Source: Marsupella aquatica (lineage: Eukaryota; Plantae; Marchantiophyta). Taken from it: a DNA stretch of 64,000 nt. How positions within the stretch are numbered: the stretch's first letter is position 1; every line of letters starts with the position of its first letter. Positions 37,800 to 51,169 of this stretch are shown here, piece after piece. The notes under the pieces are model-generated. The model did no database searches. It was not told the origin of the DNA and was given only the letters and a program-made list of their open reading frames with translations. The stretch spans positions 2,741,801-2,805,800 of the forward strand of contig OZ316891.1 in the NCBI GenBank assembly GCA_973895155.1, given 5' to 3'. A program made the position numbers and the translations under genes.

Positions 37800-38630
37800 C
37801 AGCTTTTTTTATTAACTTGTCCCCCTAACTACCTGAATCCACTTTCGGGTCCCCGACCCATAACAAATTCAATTGTCAACCTGGCTCCCATTTTGTATAT
37901 GGGTTAACAGTAACCAAATACTGGGTTCCCACTGCCACATGGCAAGGTGTGAGTGCCAGAGTTAACCAGCCACGATCCGTGTTCACCCCCCCCCCCCCCC
38001 ATGGTGTGGCTTATCAGGCAGGCCTGGGACCAGCAAAACCAAAATTCAAATGCCTTGACAACAATGATCCACTTTGCCATGGCCCTGCTCCCTCCCTGGT
38101 CGTACTCAAAAGCTCACAGGTCAAAAGTCGAAGACAAAGCTCAAAATTTGCTTCAGAAAATCTGCTCTTGATTGAAAGTGCTGCTGTCTGTGCTGCACCT
38201 AGCTATGGCTGCTGTGTCGCCCTTGACCAGCACAAAGGTCAAAAGCCGAGTCAACGACGGCACCGGAGCACGGAGGGGCGAATGTGTAAAACACATAACA
38301 AAGGATTTGCTGAGATTCTGAGAGTAAAAAGCAGGGGCACAAAGCGTTGTATTTTTTTGAGGGGAGTTTTGGGCAAAAGTGTGCTGTCACATTTTTGCTG
38401 GTCCCTGGCCTGCCCAAGCTCCACAATGGGGAAGAGGGAGGGGCTGAGTTGGGAATGTGGCTGGTTAGCCTTGGCCACCCACACCTTGCCATGTGGCAGC
38501 GAGAACCCAGGATTGGGTTACTACTAGCCCATAACAGAATGGGGGGACTGGGTGACAATTAAAAAAAAAATTGGGGGGGTGACACAAAGGTGAATTCAGG
38601 TAGTTAGGGGGACAGGTTAGTAAAAAACTA
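37800..38630. mobile_element. Non-autonomous Mutator-like element (MULE) with ~240-bp TIRs
   Basis: 37800-~38038 is an imperfect inverted repeat of ~38392-38630, e.g. TGTCCCCCTAACTACCTGAAT / ATTCAGGTAGTTAGGGGGACA and CTGCCACATGGCAAGGTGTG / CACACCTTGCCATGTGGCAG. Perfect 10-bp TSD TTCTTCCCAA at 37790-37799 and 38631-38640. Confidence 0.9.
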
Positions 38631-41051
38631 TTCTTCCCAAAAATACACAAAAGATGAGACAAAAAAGCACAAAGAGGAAACTTGTGTTCGATAAGATGTT
38701 GGAACCTGGCTCATCAATTTACACTTCCGGGCACAGATCCACACAAGATGTAGGCAGGAGAATCTCCAGCAAGTTGAAGTAATGCAATGACTATAGGTTC
38801 ATTAATTCAATAAATAAATAATTATTGAATGTACGCCCAGTGCCCATACATTGCACAGAAAGTGTTGAGGAGAGATAATAAAAGAAGTATGGGCGAGGCA
38901 AAGAAGTGTTGTGGAGACACACAATTGTCGAGTCATCTTATGTCTTGGCAAGGCAAAATGTGTCTTCCAGGCAAGTCATTGAGGCACAAAAGTGTCATGG
39001 AGACAAGGTGAACTTTTGAGCCCAAGGTCCCTATATTGCATTGCTCTCATTACCAATAGCCATTGGGATGTCATTGCAGTCATGTCATTGTTTTGGAAGT
39101 CGATTGTCAACTGGTTTATCATTGCAACAGTGTGGTTGTAAAACTGTACTCATTTAAGTTGGGTGATTGTTATTGTGAAAATGTTATCACTTTGGTCAAT
39201 GTTATTGTTTCAAGGGAGGCAGAGGGTGCAACGTGCACAAGGGAGGAAGGGCAAGGACCCCCCGTTCTTGGGAGAAGAGGCCGGCATCCAAGCACGCAGT
39301 GCTGCCTGGTCAGAGGGAGATAGGTTGCACAAGGCAAGAGCAACGGACTGGACCAGTCTGCAAGGTGGCCTTACAAGACATGGGGTGCTTGTGACTTTTC
39401 TCACCCAAGCAAAATAGAAGTTCAGTTCTTGTTCTAAAGATAGACTCCAGACCAAAAATAATTTGAAAAGGGAAATTCAATATATGCAAATCCCTTGAAT
39501 GAATGAGACAAAGTTAGGAAATTTGGACCCATCTTTAATGGTCTAAAGTTCTAAACAAAATAAACAATATACAAGAACATTGTCATGTTTGTTATGTCCA
39601 CACCATACGGCCCCACTTCTGGGAAAGCCAACTGCAGCCATTTCCACACATTATACTCTCCACATTTAATTTTAGAGTGAAGAAAGAAGCAATTTGGCCA
39701 CCAGCCTTGGAAAGCTACCCTCAGCTACAGTAGCTACTGTGGATATCCTCTCAAAGCAAATCTCTCAAAGTTGTTATTTGACCTTAAATATTCAAAAGGC
39801 CCATGGGATCCAAATGAAGGCCATCAATGTGTATACAGATGGATCTACTACATGCACAAACAGTATGCATGGAAACAGAATTATATATATCACACTGCCA
39901 AAAATCAAAATGTTTCAAACCAGGAGACAGGATCCCAAAGGCAAAAGACCCATTAGAAAGATAACAGAAGTGAAAAAGCCAGGAAGATCAACGAGTCAAA
40001 CAGAGTCCCCTATAAGGGCAAGGAACTAAAGCCCTACTTAACTGTAAACTGAAAAGCCTGGTGAAGCCAAGGGAGCAGATCTTGTAAAACATAACTTGCA
40101 AGCCCTTTGCGGCCAAAGAGACAAGATTGTCACAAGCAGCATCAACCCCATCAACATTCAGGCATTAAAGAAGTGAACCCCATATTTGTGTGTGAATTTG
40201 TGTCAAAAGACTAAAGGTTCCTCCAAGGATTTCACCATTACACCTGCTCAACTTGTCTACCATTGACCTGAGGCCTGGTAGATGTCCCATTTCTGTAGTA
40301 CTTATATCAATATAATTTCAGGTCAGGGTCAAGCAGCAGGCCTCCCTAATGGCAGGGCCCAATAACCTTGATTAGCCTCAATACTTGGGTCCATTCATAA
40401 CAAAGCGATGGAGGGGATAGATGGGGCCAGAGATGAATAAAACAAAAACAGAAAGACAACAGATTAGCAAGCAAGCAACAATGGTGATGGGACAAAGACA
40501 TCTGACATGACAGGATTATGTAGGCCGATGACATTTGCTTGGAAGGAGAATACTCAGAGTAGCAGCAATCTGAAGATCACATGTAGGAGTAAAAGTAAGG
40601 GTGAAATAGCCAATTCTGCCATAAACACATATATTTGCATCTGGTAAGAAAGTATTAAACACTTCTATCATCACCATGTTTGACAAAATATTCAAATATT
40701 AATGGATCATTGCAACTTGCCTAGACTAATTTGAAACATTGTTTATTATTCAGATATTAGTTTTTCTTTGTTTACAAATAATATTCTATTTCTAAACTCT
40801 CAAAAAACAGTATGTTAACTATGTTTCAAAAACACAAAAGGCAAAAACTCCTAATTGAGAGACATGAGCCCAATAACAAAGCAGCCCAATAAAGGTGACT
40901 AAAGGAGGGGAAGAGACCTAAACTCCTAACTAATAGACATGATCCAAATGGCAAAGCAACCCAATAAAGGGGGCTAAGGAAGGGGAAGAGACCCCAAGAA
41001 CACAAAGCCATCAAGTGTCAACCCTCAGCAGAAGTTTGGTGTGACGAGGAG

Positions 41052-41213
41052 GAGGGATATGCTTAGTAAACCCCCTTCTGGAAAAAGTTTGCTTAATCAA
41101 CCCCCAATCTGGATTGTTAATGGACCTTTCAATCTCATATCTGGGTAGTTCATAGACCTCGGGGGTTATCAAATAATAAATTTCATTTTGGAGGTCGATC
41201 AAACAAATACCTC
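41052..41213 (-). mobile_element. Mutator-like MITE, copy 1 (162 bp)
   Basis: GAG...CTC termini; 9-bp TSD GACGAGGAG/GACAAGGAG (1 mismatch); reverse-complement homologue of 41764-41942. Confidence 0.8.
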
Positions 41214-41559
41214 GACAAGGAGTGAGCAATTGTCGACTAATAATCATAATTTATGATGGGAGAGGAGTCGTAGGGTTTAACATTGATGGTCATGTGCAGC
41301 CCATGGATTATTGCAGGGTGTCTAGTTTTGGGGACCGCAGCGTTAAAATGACTGTTTTGTTTTGTTGCGTACGCCCACGTGAAATCCGTTGGCCCATTTG
41401 TTTATTCTTTATTCTCTCCTTGAAAGTTGAAACGGTAAAGACCTACTAATGAGTTTTCGAACAATTAAAAAGAGTGGACGTCAGGTTGTGTCATCGTCTG
41501 CTTTGGTAGTACAGGATTAATATATAAAGTCTGCTGGAGGTCCGGATTATTAGAAACAT

Positions 41560-43140
41560 TCTGCGCTCCGATGGTACGGAAATGAGGACGAGAAACACTG
41601 TCGCGAGACGCTGGATGCTTCAGTAGTGTGGAATGTCTCTCAATGTATGCTTTTGGCATTCTGGACCCAAGGATTTAGGAAAATAAAGCCCTGGAGTTTG
41701 AGACTAGAAGCGCTCTGTGCTTTGGTAATATGGAAATAAGGACGAGATATGCTATATCTGGAGGAGGTATTTGTTTGATCTACCCCCAAAATAAAATTTG
41801 TTACTTGATTGGCCCCCTGAGGTTTATCAACGGTCCACATCTGAGATCGAAAGGTCTATCAATGGTCCAGATTGGGGAAAAGTATCAAGGGGGTTAATTG
41901 AGCAAACTTTTTCCAAAAGGGGGTCTACTAAGCATATCTCTCTATCTGGAGACTTTGGATCAACGTGGTTTAGGTTTTTTATTTTAGCCAGTGTGGCAAA
42001 TGTGCCTCTCTAAGGGAGTAGATGCTAGGATCTCATCTTCCTGAATAATTTCCCGACAGTCAGATATCCCTAGTTTTATGGAAGACCGTTAGATTGTGGC
42101 GAATGGGGTTCATGATTTGGTGGGAGTGGCAAAGACTTTTTGGGGAGGTAGAATTTGGCTAAAATTTGCACCTAAAAATGAAACTGCTTTGGATGCTTTG
42201 GTAGTGCGGAACCTATGCCAATGTATGCTTTTGGCATTCTGGATCAAAGGACTCAGGATAATAAAGTGGTGGAGGTCCATACTAGAAGCACTCCGCGCTT
42301 CAGTAGTATGGAAATAAGGCAAGACTTGCAATATCTAGAGACATTGGATGCTTTGGCAGTGTAAACTGTATCCCATGGTAAGCTTTTGGCATTCTGGATG
42401 GAAGGACTTAGGAAAGGAAAGTGCTGGAGGTCAAGACTAGAAGCACTCCGTGCTTCGGTAGTATGGAACTAAAGATGAGACATGCTATATGTTGGATGCT
42501 TTGGTAGGGTGGAATGTATCCCATGGTATGCTTTTGGCATTATGGACAGAAGGAGTTAGGATAATAAAGTGCTGGAGGTCGAGACTAGAAGAACTCCGTG
42601 CTTCAGTAGTATTTAAATAATGCTTTGGTAGTGGAGAATGTATCCCAAGGTATGCTTTTGGCATAATTCTGGACAAACCTAACTAGGATAATGAAATCTG
42701 CTGGAGTTGAGACTAGAAAACCTCTGCGCTTTGGTAGTACAAAAATAAAGACAATAACTATGTCTCAAGATGTTGGATACTTCTGTAGTATGGAAGGATT
42801 CACAATGTATAAGTGGCATTCTGCTTTTTTTGTTTGGAAACATAATTAAATCATCTAAACTAATTTGCAAGGCAGAAGGAGATGTTTTTTGGGGTAGTAT
42901 AGAAATAAGGACAAATAATGCTATGTCTTGAGACATTGGATGCTTTGATAGTATGGAATGATTTGCAAGTGTATGCTTGGGGCATCCTGTTTTCTAACAG
43001 AATCGTTTTATTGCAAGTAATTTGCAAGGTGCAAGGTGATGTTCCGCTTTGATAGTACTGAAATAGGACAAGAAAAATGCTATGTTTCAAGAAGTTTGAC
43101 GCTTTGGTAGTATAAAATGATTGACAAGGTATGCTTGTAT
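41560..43140. repeat. Tandem array of ~130-160-bp units (about 7-9 copies)
   Basis: Recurrent GGATGCTTTGGTAGT..GGAA...GTATGCTTTTGGCATT.TGGA...GACTAGAAG.ACTCCGTGCTT..GTAGTATGGAAATAAGG. Confidence 0.85.
41764..41942 (+). mobile_element. Mutator-like MITE, copy 2 (179 bp)
   Basis: GAG...CTC termini; perfect 9-bp TSD TATCTGGAG (41755-41763, 41943-41951); interrupts a unit of the adjacent tandem array. Confidence 0.85.
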
Positions 43141-46011
43141 TTGTTGGGAAACAGAATTAGTTCACTGCATGTAATTTTCAGAGCACAAGGAGACATTCAG
43201 TTTTCACCCACTAGCCCAAGGACGAAAGAATTGGCAATTTCCCTTGTTGAGTTCTATTTGGTGCACTTGTGTCAACTCTCTGGTCCCTGTTGGGAGCATG
43301 AGCTCGGATGGGTCTCCCTTCAAACTCTTGAAGCTGAGTTGAGATCACAAAATGATCTAAGTTCAAACAAGTGCCCCTCTCTCCCCTGGCTTGGACTACG
43401 ATTGAAGTGTTTTCCTTGTGATTATTTTGGGTTATTCAAAGTACTGCAGCATGTACATAGGATCTAAGTGAGATTGCTGTTACTTTCATCCCACATGAAT
43501 CACACAAATCTACATTGCCCAAGGCTTCACATGTAAGCCTGACTTTGACTTAGCTCAGCAATTGTTTTCCACTTCCAACTTGTGTACGAGCTGATGGTCT
43601 AGATGGCTTAGAGGTGTAAGGATCAAGCTTGTTTCTTCTCCTTCCTGATCAGATAGTTCGGCCAGTCTTTTCCTCGTACCATCTTTCAAGTGACTTTGAA
43701 TAGAATTTAATGCAGCAGTATGCACTGCTTTCTTGGTAAACCCTTTCTTTAGTTACTCATGGGCTACTCTTGTCCAAAAATTATTGAAATTTTGCCTTGT
43801 ACATGGTACCAAGAGCATACTTAGAAAATGAAATTTTGCAAACACAATCTGCAACAGGGCGTCAATAGGGAAAATGTATTGTTCCCAAGTTGTCAAAGAC
43901 AAACCACTTGGGAGACTTCCCTCTGTATGTGCTAGATGTTTTGTATGGCAGAATCACTAAAGGCATGTGTTATGAGCGTTTCACGTGGGTCTTATGCGCA
44001 CTTCATAGTGCACAATGCTGGTCGTGGCTTTCGTAAACAAAGAAATCACAAATGCAGGATGGAGTTCCCCAAAAGATGTACTTTCCATAACCAAGGAACC
44101 GCATACAAGATTTCAGAGGGGAGAGATGATTGATATAAGTAACGGTTTTGGGGACATGGTGGGAACTCCCAATTAGATGGTTGATGAAAGAGAAAATTCG
44201 AACGGACACTCCAACCTGAAAAATGTTTGTGCAAAACTGTAATTATCTGAAACTTATTCTCCCTTCCTCTTGTAGAAATGAGCATGGACAAGGTAATACA
44301 CAGTACAGCACAGGTGGTCCGTTAATACCCTATCTCGTTCAGAGAGAGTTGGTGAAAGGTAAATACCTGCTCATCCCCTCAGTCCATCACTTTTAAAGTG
44401 GAGAGTTAACTCTCTGGCTCTGCAATAGCACTGTCCACTGATGGAGACAGCCCCAAAGGTGCAAGCTCGATGTACATGGTGACAAAACTTCAAATAAACA
44501 CGGCAGACTACAACTCAGAGGTTTTGGAATTAAGCCTGCACTCACTGCAGATATGAACTTGCAAAGAAGCAGAGGACTTGGCTTCAGAAACTAAATGATT
44601 CCAACAGAAGTCCATTTTTACCTCCTGAGAGATTCAAGACAACATGAACCTCCACCCAAATTTGGTTCAGCGGCCATACAAAGAAAAGTACCTGCCCTGG
44701 TTACCTTAAAAAGAATGCATATCTAGACCGTCGAATTGTACAGTTGAGGAATCAAATACTATAGCGCTGTAGTCCGCTCTTAAAAGTGACTTCAATAGAA
44801 TGTCTCGGCCACATGTCCAGTGGACTTTTGACGAATCATACCTAGAACCGATTGTCAAAGACAATCGATTAGAGCCCCGAATTGCCGAGTGATGCAAAGT
44901 CGCTGCTCCAAACTGAATTTTCAGGTGGAACTTCGGTGCAACGCAGAGGAAAAACACCACAACTTCCGTAGGTTCAGTCACCACAAAAGTCTAACGTATT
45001 CCGTCCAAGTGGAAGAGTGTCTGGATTTCACTGGTGTGATTTGCTAACGAATCTCATAGTGGAAGATGAAGCACAGGTTGAAAACACAGTAACAGGTTTC
45101 AGGAGGGACCCTCGTCGAAGGTGTTGCAAGGCAAGGTGTCCAAGAACCGAAAGTGGATTCTCAGTTGTGAAGAAACTTCAAGCAGGACTGAAGAAGTTCA
45201 ACTGGCATATCTCCAAAGAAGATTTGACACATGAGATTGAAGATGTTCAACGAACAGTGCTCCAACCCGCCAGTTAGGTTCTGGGTCCGACGACTTCACA
45301 CCAAATGCTAGCACTCCTCATCTTTATGAAGATGAGTTGCCTTCACAATTTTCTGTGTCAGCTCACATCGTGTCAACCCTTCATGGTTTCAAAAGGGCCA
45401 TAACATTAGATCGCAAGGTCTGAACCAGAAGATGTACCGTGCATCTTTGTATAGATCCGAACATTGCCCATGTTTATGGTATCAAGAAGAACCTTTCATG
45501 GGAGAATCTCCGGCAAAAGCCAGGGTGACACGGCGATCGGAATACTGCAGGACTGCAGTCGCAGTCGTGAACTGTATGACACGCTAATATGACTTGAAAG
45601 TTTCCAAAGAATTGAGCAGACCCAACACAGAAGGTGCCCACTTTTTGTCATTGGAGACTCCGGAGAGTTCTCCTGACCATGGTGCTGAACTTCGGCCCTT
45701 CCTGCAATATCAAATACACCTTTCAATCTGGCCAATGATCATAAATAATCGGTAAACTTTAAGGCTCTACTAGGGCCAATCCTTACATGCAAATCAAATA
45801 CCCTAGAACCTAAAAAATTGTAATAGAAGAACCAAGTGATGAAGTTCATGCACTTCCGTTCTGCACTACTTAGGGTAGACTGGATTCTGAGGATGTGGAA
45901 TATGACCCACCAAAGAATGAAATTCACTGCTAGTTTCGCAGCCCTATATAAGAGCACTCTTTTATTGTTAGAATCCTCTAAGACCCAAAACAGGAGGGAA
46001 ATATCAGGCTA

Positions 46012-48734
46012 CTACTTGATGTCCATGATCTTGATGACGGAGGCTGCACCGATCCGATGAAGGGCTACAATTGCATCTCCATGCTGGCAAAGGCCGGCCT
46101 TGAGAGCATGGTTGATGGCAGCATTTAAAATCTCATCGGTGGTGTCAGAGTCCGTTGCTTTTGCCGCACCTTCTGCAAGAAGGGGAATCAACCCTCGACA
46201 TACAAGGCTGTGTCGGGCCGGAGATTCATCGCTAAGCTCCCATGTCAAGCTGTCCGTGGTCATTACTGGTACTGCAACTGAAAGGATAGGAACAGAGGGA
46301 CGGTACTTTGCAACCAATTTGGCCGTGCTTCCTCCCCTGGTCAAAACAATGATAAGAGTAGCTCGCACTTTGTTTGATGTCCGAACTGCAGAGGAGGCCA
46401 AACTTTCCAAGGGAGTCATGGGAAGGGGTGCGGACTTCATCACGCTCTTAAATATTGCATCGTAGTCCAAAGAGGCCTCTGCTTCCCGACAAATTGCAGC
46501 CATAATCTTGACTGCTTGCTCTGGCCACGACCCTGCAGCTGTTTCACCACTCAACATCACAGCGTCCGTTCCATCCAAAACTGCATTGGCTACATCTGTA
46601 GCTTCTGCCCTAGTGGGGCGCGGAGACTTTATCATGGACTCAAGCATCTGCGTGGCAGTAACAACAGGCTTTCCAGCTGCGTTGCACTTGAAAATCATCA
46701 TCTTCTGTGCCAGAAATATTTTTTCGATAGGAATTTCCATACCAAGATCACCTCTAGCAACCATCACGCCATCAGTTTCTCTGAGAATATCATCAAAGTT
46801 CACGAGCCCTTCCTGATTCTCCACCTGTGAAACGATCACTACAAGGTAAGATACAGAGCCGGAATTCTGCTGCATTTGCCCTAAACCTATGGGACTTGCA
46901 CAGCAGAAGATATCCGGGGAATATTTTTTACGGCTCCAGGTTCATAATCCTACTGTAGACGGTATGTGACAATTTCTTTGTTTTACTAGCCGCGCATTCT
47001 CGACTCAAAAAACATCAAATATCTCTTTCAGAATAGTGCCCGTCACATTTACTAGTAGATACCATCATTCTAGTAGTGGGGACTCTAAAAAATGCAGCAT
47101 GCTGTTCGAAGATGCTCCGACATACCTTGGAAATTATTTGAATTGTCTTGGAGTGGATTGGGCCGAGAAGTTCCCTAATTCTTACGATGTCAATCCCCTT
47201 TCTCACAAAAGAAGCAGCTATGAAATCAATTTTATTCTTAACACCCCACTCGAGAATGTCCTCTTCATCTTTCTTAGTAACTGTAGGAAGGTCCACTACG
47301 ACACCTGGCAAGTTGACATTCTTCCTTTCCCCGAGCGTAGCATCATTCTCGCACCTCGCTATGACTTTACCACCCGCAACATCGCACGACACGACAGACA
47401 AAGTGATGCTCCCATCAGCCATTAAAATCAAATTGCCCGGCTTGACGTGGTCAGCCAGCTTCGGGTAGCTGATAGGGATCATGTTCTCGTCACCCTTTGC
47501 TTCGTAGTCAGTACTCAGAGTAATCTCTTTGTCTTTCAGAATGGCAATTGACTTTCCATCTTTAAGAAAGCCAGTACGAATCTCCGGACCCTGAGGATCA
47601 AATAAACCACCATCAAAAGCGGCAACTGAATAACTTCATAAATGCGTAAGAAACATGCGTAAGAAACAGAAACTTCACAGTTCCAACAAGCTATCAAACT
47701 GCGGCTCCTGAGCAGACGCTTGCTAAGAAAAAGCTATAACACACCGTAGACGTACTCAAGGGGCAGTGCCAGAGGAACAGCGGCGAACGGACCATAGGAA
47801 ATTGAGGATGGATGACGAAAGTGAACTCTAAAAAGTAGCCCTTGTAACCAACTTAAACTTACGCTGTAGTAACAATAAGCTCCCTCTCTCACAAACGAAA
47901 TTCCCCTATTCCTGGCCGCAGTGCAAGGGAAGCAGTACAGACTCTATACAGTAAGGGCGACAGCTCAATTGGGTCGGTAATGACTATCACACACTTGCAA
48001 CCGATTTAACTCGACATCGCCAGACAGATAGAAGGGCAAGAATATGCGTAGGAGGGAGGAGGGGGTTCGAAGTCTGAAGTAGTTCCTCAGAAGAGGTAAA
48101 CTCAAAAGAGCTCTAGGCTCTTACCTAGATACGTTCAATAGTATTTCACTAGGAGTGATACCGACATCAACAGGTCCTTTCAGAGCACACACCGAGCTGC
48201 TGCGAACGAATCGCAACAGGGGGAGTCGAGTGGCGTGACTTTTGTAGATAGGGTGGTCCTTCAGCTGGCTAGATCGAGCAGCGGCTCTTTGCTATCGCAG
48301 GTGAAGAAAGCACCTTCTTCGGAGAGAAAGCTGCCCGGAACGACAAAAAATCGAATGAAGCGAGCAGTTCGCTCGAGGATCGCTAGTTCCACTTCAAAGG
48401 AATACTAAAGCAAAATTAGATTCAAAACAGCCCTGGACATTCGATAACAAACAAGGTAAGAAACCACGGAACAGACCTTGGTATCCAGCAGGACGGCACA
48501 CAATATCTGCGTGCTGCTCATGGCAGCGCGAAGATTCTCCAACGTCTCCTGATGATACTCGTGAGACCCGTGCGAGAAATTGAATCGGGCAACATTCATG
48601 CCCGCTCTTAGCATCTTCTCCAACATCTCCACATCCCGCGACTTCGGCCCCAGCGTACATATGATTTTCGTCTTCTGCAGCCGCGTCTTCTCCGTCGAGT
48701 CCTTCAAAATCGTCTCAATATCTATCGTCGCCAT
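46012..48734 (-). CDS. Cytosolic pyruvate kinase, 3 exons, ~511 aa
   Basis: Exons 48734-48477, 47590-47126, 46824-46012 (1536 nt). Motifs: KTKIICTLGP, ARFNFSHG, LLDTKGPEIRTG, KVENQEG, MVARGDLGMEIP, ATQMLESM, RAEATDVANAVLDGTDAVMLSGETA. No transit peptide is evident. Confidence 0.96.
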
Positions 48735-49379
48735 TTCGCCACTCCTCCTCGCTCCCTCCTTTTTCCTTCTTGAAAATCCACCTCACTTCTCTCACTCTTT
48801 TCCTTGATCACGCTCTTCCGCACCAGACTCTCTGGTCTTCTGCTCGACGATCCCCTCGTTGCTATCTCTCCCGCGGCACACCGCCCTGCTGCGATCTGCG
48901 CTGCCCTGCACTGCCCTGCGCTGCGAGAAGAGACTACAACTTCAGAAATGAACTTGCCTCCCAACCTCTGTAATCCTCCGTCTTCTTCTTCTCCTTCTCC
49001 TCCTTCTTCCCGTCGTTGATGCAGCCTCTTTCTCACTTGGCCAGTGCCTCAACTCCTTGTAGCTCCCTCCCTCCGTCCCTCCGCTCGCTCAATCTCCCAC
49101 CCACCTCTCCAATCTGCCTCGTCTTTCTCCTCAATCTCCCACCCACCTCTCGAATCTGCCCCTTCTTTCTCCTCACTCTCGTGTCTATTGTCGACCGTCG
49201 CGCCCCGACTCGCCCCCAAAGCCGCAGCCTTCACTGCCCCCTCAAGAGCCACCCAGGCACTGTAGTGCCACACACCCACACCTTCCCCCCACCCCCCATT
49301 CTCGCTCCCGTGCCCCGGCAGTCCCGTCTACCACTCCAGCCCTTGCAACAACGACGCCCACCCAGCCCTACGGTACTCC

Positions 49380-50050
49380 GTCTGTTTGGAGCGGCCGTAG
49401 ACCAACAGTGTCCTGTCTGGAACCCCAGTCCCGGACTTGCATTGTACGCCACCACCCACAGTACGAGACGTTCCGTCCTGTCTATTGGCCGCATCGTAAT
49501 TTCCCTGTTTGGAGCAATAATAGACCAGTAATTCGTGTTTGGGACTTCTGTCCGGGACTTAGGTACGCGAACACCCACAGTACGGGAACGACCGTCCTGT
49601 CTCCTGTAGAAACTGTAAGAAATCTGTTTGAATCGGCCGTAGACCAACATAGTCGTGTCTGGCACCACAGACCCGGACTTGCAACGCCCACAGTACGAGA
49701 GGTTCCGTCCTGTCCAATGGTTGCACTTGTAAATCGCCTGTTTGGAGCAGTAACAGACCGATTGTTCGTGTTTGGAACCCCTGTCCGGGATTTAGGTACG
49801 CGAGGCCCACAGTACGGGAATGACCGTCCTGTCTACTGTAGAAACTGTACTGAAACTGTTTGGAGCGGCAGTAGACCGATAATGTCTTGTTTGGGGATCC
49901 GGTCGAGGACTTGCAAGAACGAGAACCCACGGCCCACAGTGTGGGTGCTTCCGTCCTGTCTAAGGACTCCACTTTCCGTTGTTTGTTTGGATGGGCAGTG
50001 GAACGATGAGTTCGCGTTCGGGACCCCGTCCTGTCCAGTACGAGAGTACT
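49380..50050. repeat. GC-rich ~118-bp tandem array with alternating A/B units upstream of pyruvate kinase
   Basis: CTGTTTG(G/A)A unit starts near 49382, 49505, 49624, 49738 and 49856. Each unit has CCCACAGT and CCGTCCTGTC. Confidence 0.85.
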
Positions 50051-50451
50051 ACTCTAAAGTACAGGACCCTAATATAAACTACAGTACAGGGCTGCTCTCG
50101 CAGTGCCGTCCGTCACTCTTGCCCCCTCCGCGACTGCCTTTCGCAGTCGCGATTTCTGCGGCTCTCGTGATTTCTGAGGCTTTCGCGATCTATGCGGCTT
50201 TTGCGATTCTGCGGAGAACGATAATGCGGCGGACAGCATCGAGAGCTACGTCCATACTAGCCTGCACCTGTTTGGAGCAGCAATAGACCAGCTCTACGGT
50301 GCGCGGTGAGGGCAAAGTGACCGGGGAATGAAGAGAGAACCAGTTTCTGCTGTTGGTCCCAGATTTAACCAGCCCTGGTTTGATAGGGCGGTGGACCGGT
50401 TGGAGGGTGCATGTTTGGGGCAGAGTTTGGAGAGCGTTGTGTGTTTGTTTG

Positions 50452-50810
50452 TCCAGTAAAAAGTAGCAGCAAGCGTACTGTGATAATTTCTTGTGGCAAC
50501 TCGAGTTTATATTGCCCCTTACCATAATGGGCCCCACGAGGCACTATTCTTCCAACTATCCAGTAAAAAGTAGCAGCAAGCGTACTGCGATAATTTCTTG
50601 TGGCAACTCGAGTTTATATTGCCCCTTACCATGATTCGTGAAGTATGAGCAAATGGGCCCCACGAGGCACTATTCTTCCAACTATCCAGTAAAAAGTAGT
50701 AGCAAGGGTACTGTGATAATTTCTTGTGGCAACTCGAGTTTATATTGCCCCTTACCATGATTCGTGAAGTATTAGCAAATGGGCCCCACTAGGCACTATT
50801 CTTCCACTAG
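50452..50810. repeat. Near-perfect triplication of a ~126-bp unit
   Basis: TCCAGTAAAAAGTAG.AGCAAG.GTACTG.GATAATTTCTTGTGGCAACTCGAGTTTATATTGCCCCTTACCAT at 50452, 50559 and 50685. Confidence 0.9.
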
Positions 50811-51169
50811 CCCGATGACCATTCCTTAAATGTAAATAGATATGAAGAGAAATCTTCCACAATAAAATCTATATGCTATTCTAGTTAGTCTTTGCCCCAT
50901 CCTTGTTTTTTTTCATTCTCATTTCAATTTTGTCTTTATTTAAAGTCAATGTCACTTTTGTCCATACTCATTTAAAATTTTGATCTTAATGAACCTCATC
51001 ATCAGTTTTGTCTCTATATATTGTTAGTTACTATCTAGAGGTTTCACTCTAGACCTAGGCTCTTGAAAGTGGCCATTGGGGCGTTTGTAGTAAGATTTCT
51101 GTTTTGTTTGAGGGTTGGTCAACTTGGTCATAAAGGTATATAGAAGTAGCCCAATATCTCCCTGTTGCA

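Noticed and set aside
41052-41942. Single 890-bp TIR element
   Set aside because: The outer flanks share no TSD, and each arm has its own 9-bp TSD.
49408-50286. 292-aa ORF
   Set aside because: It runs through a tandem array whose units are read in changing frames, with no consistent peptide repeat or domain.
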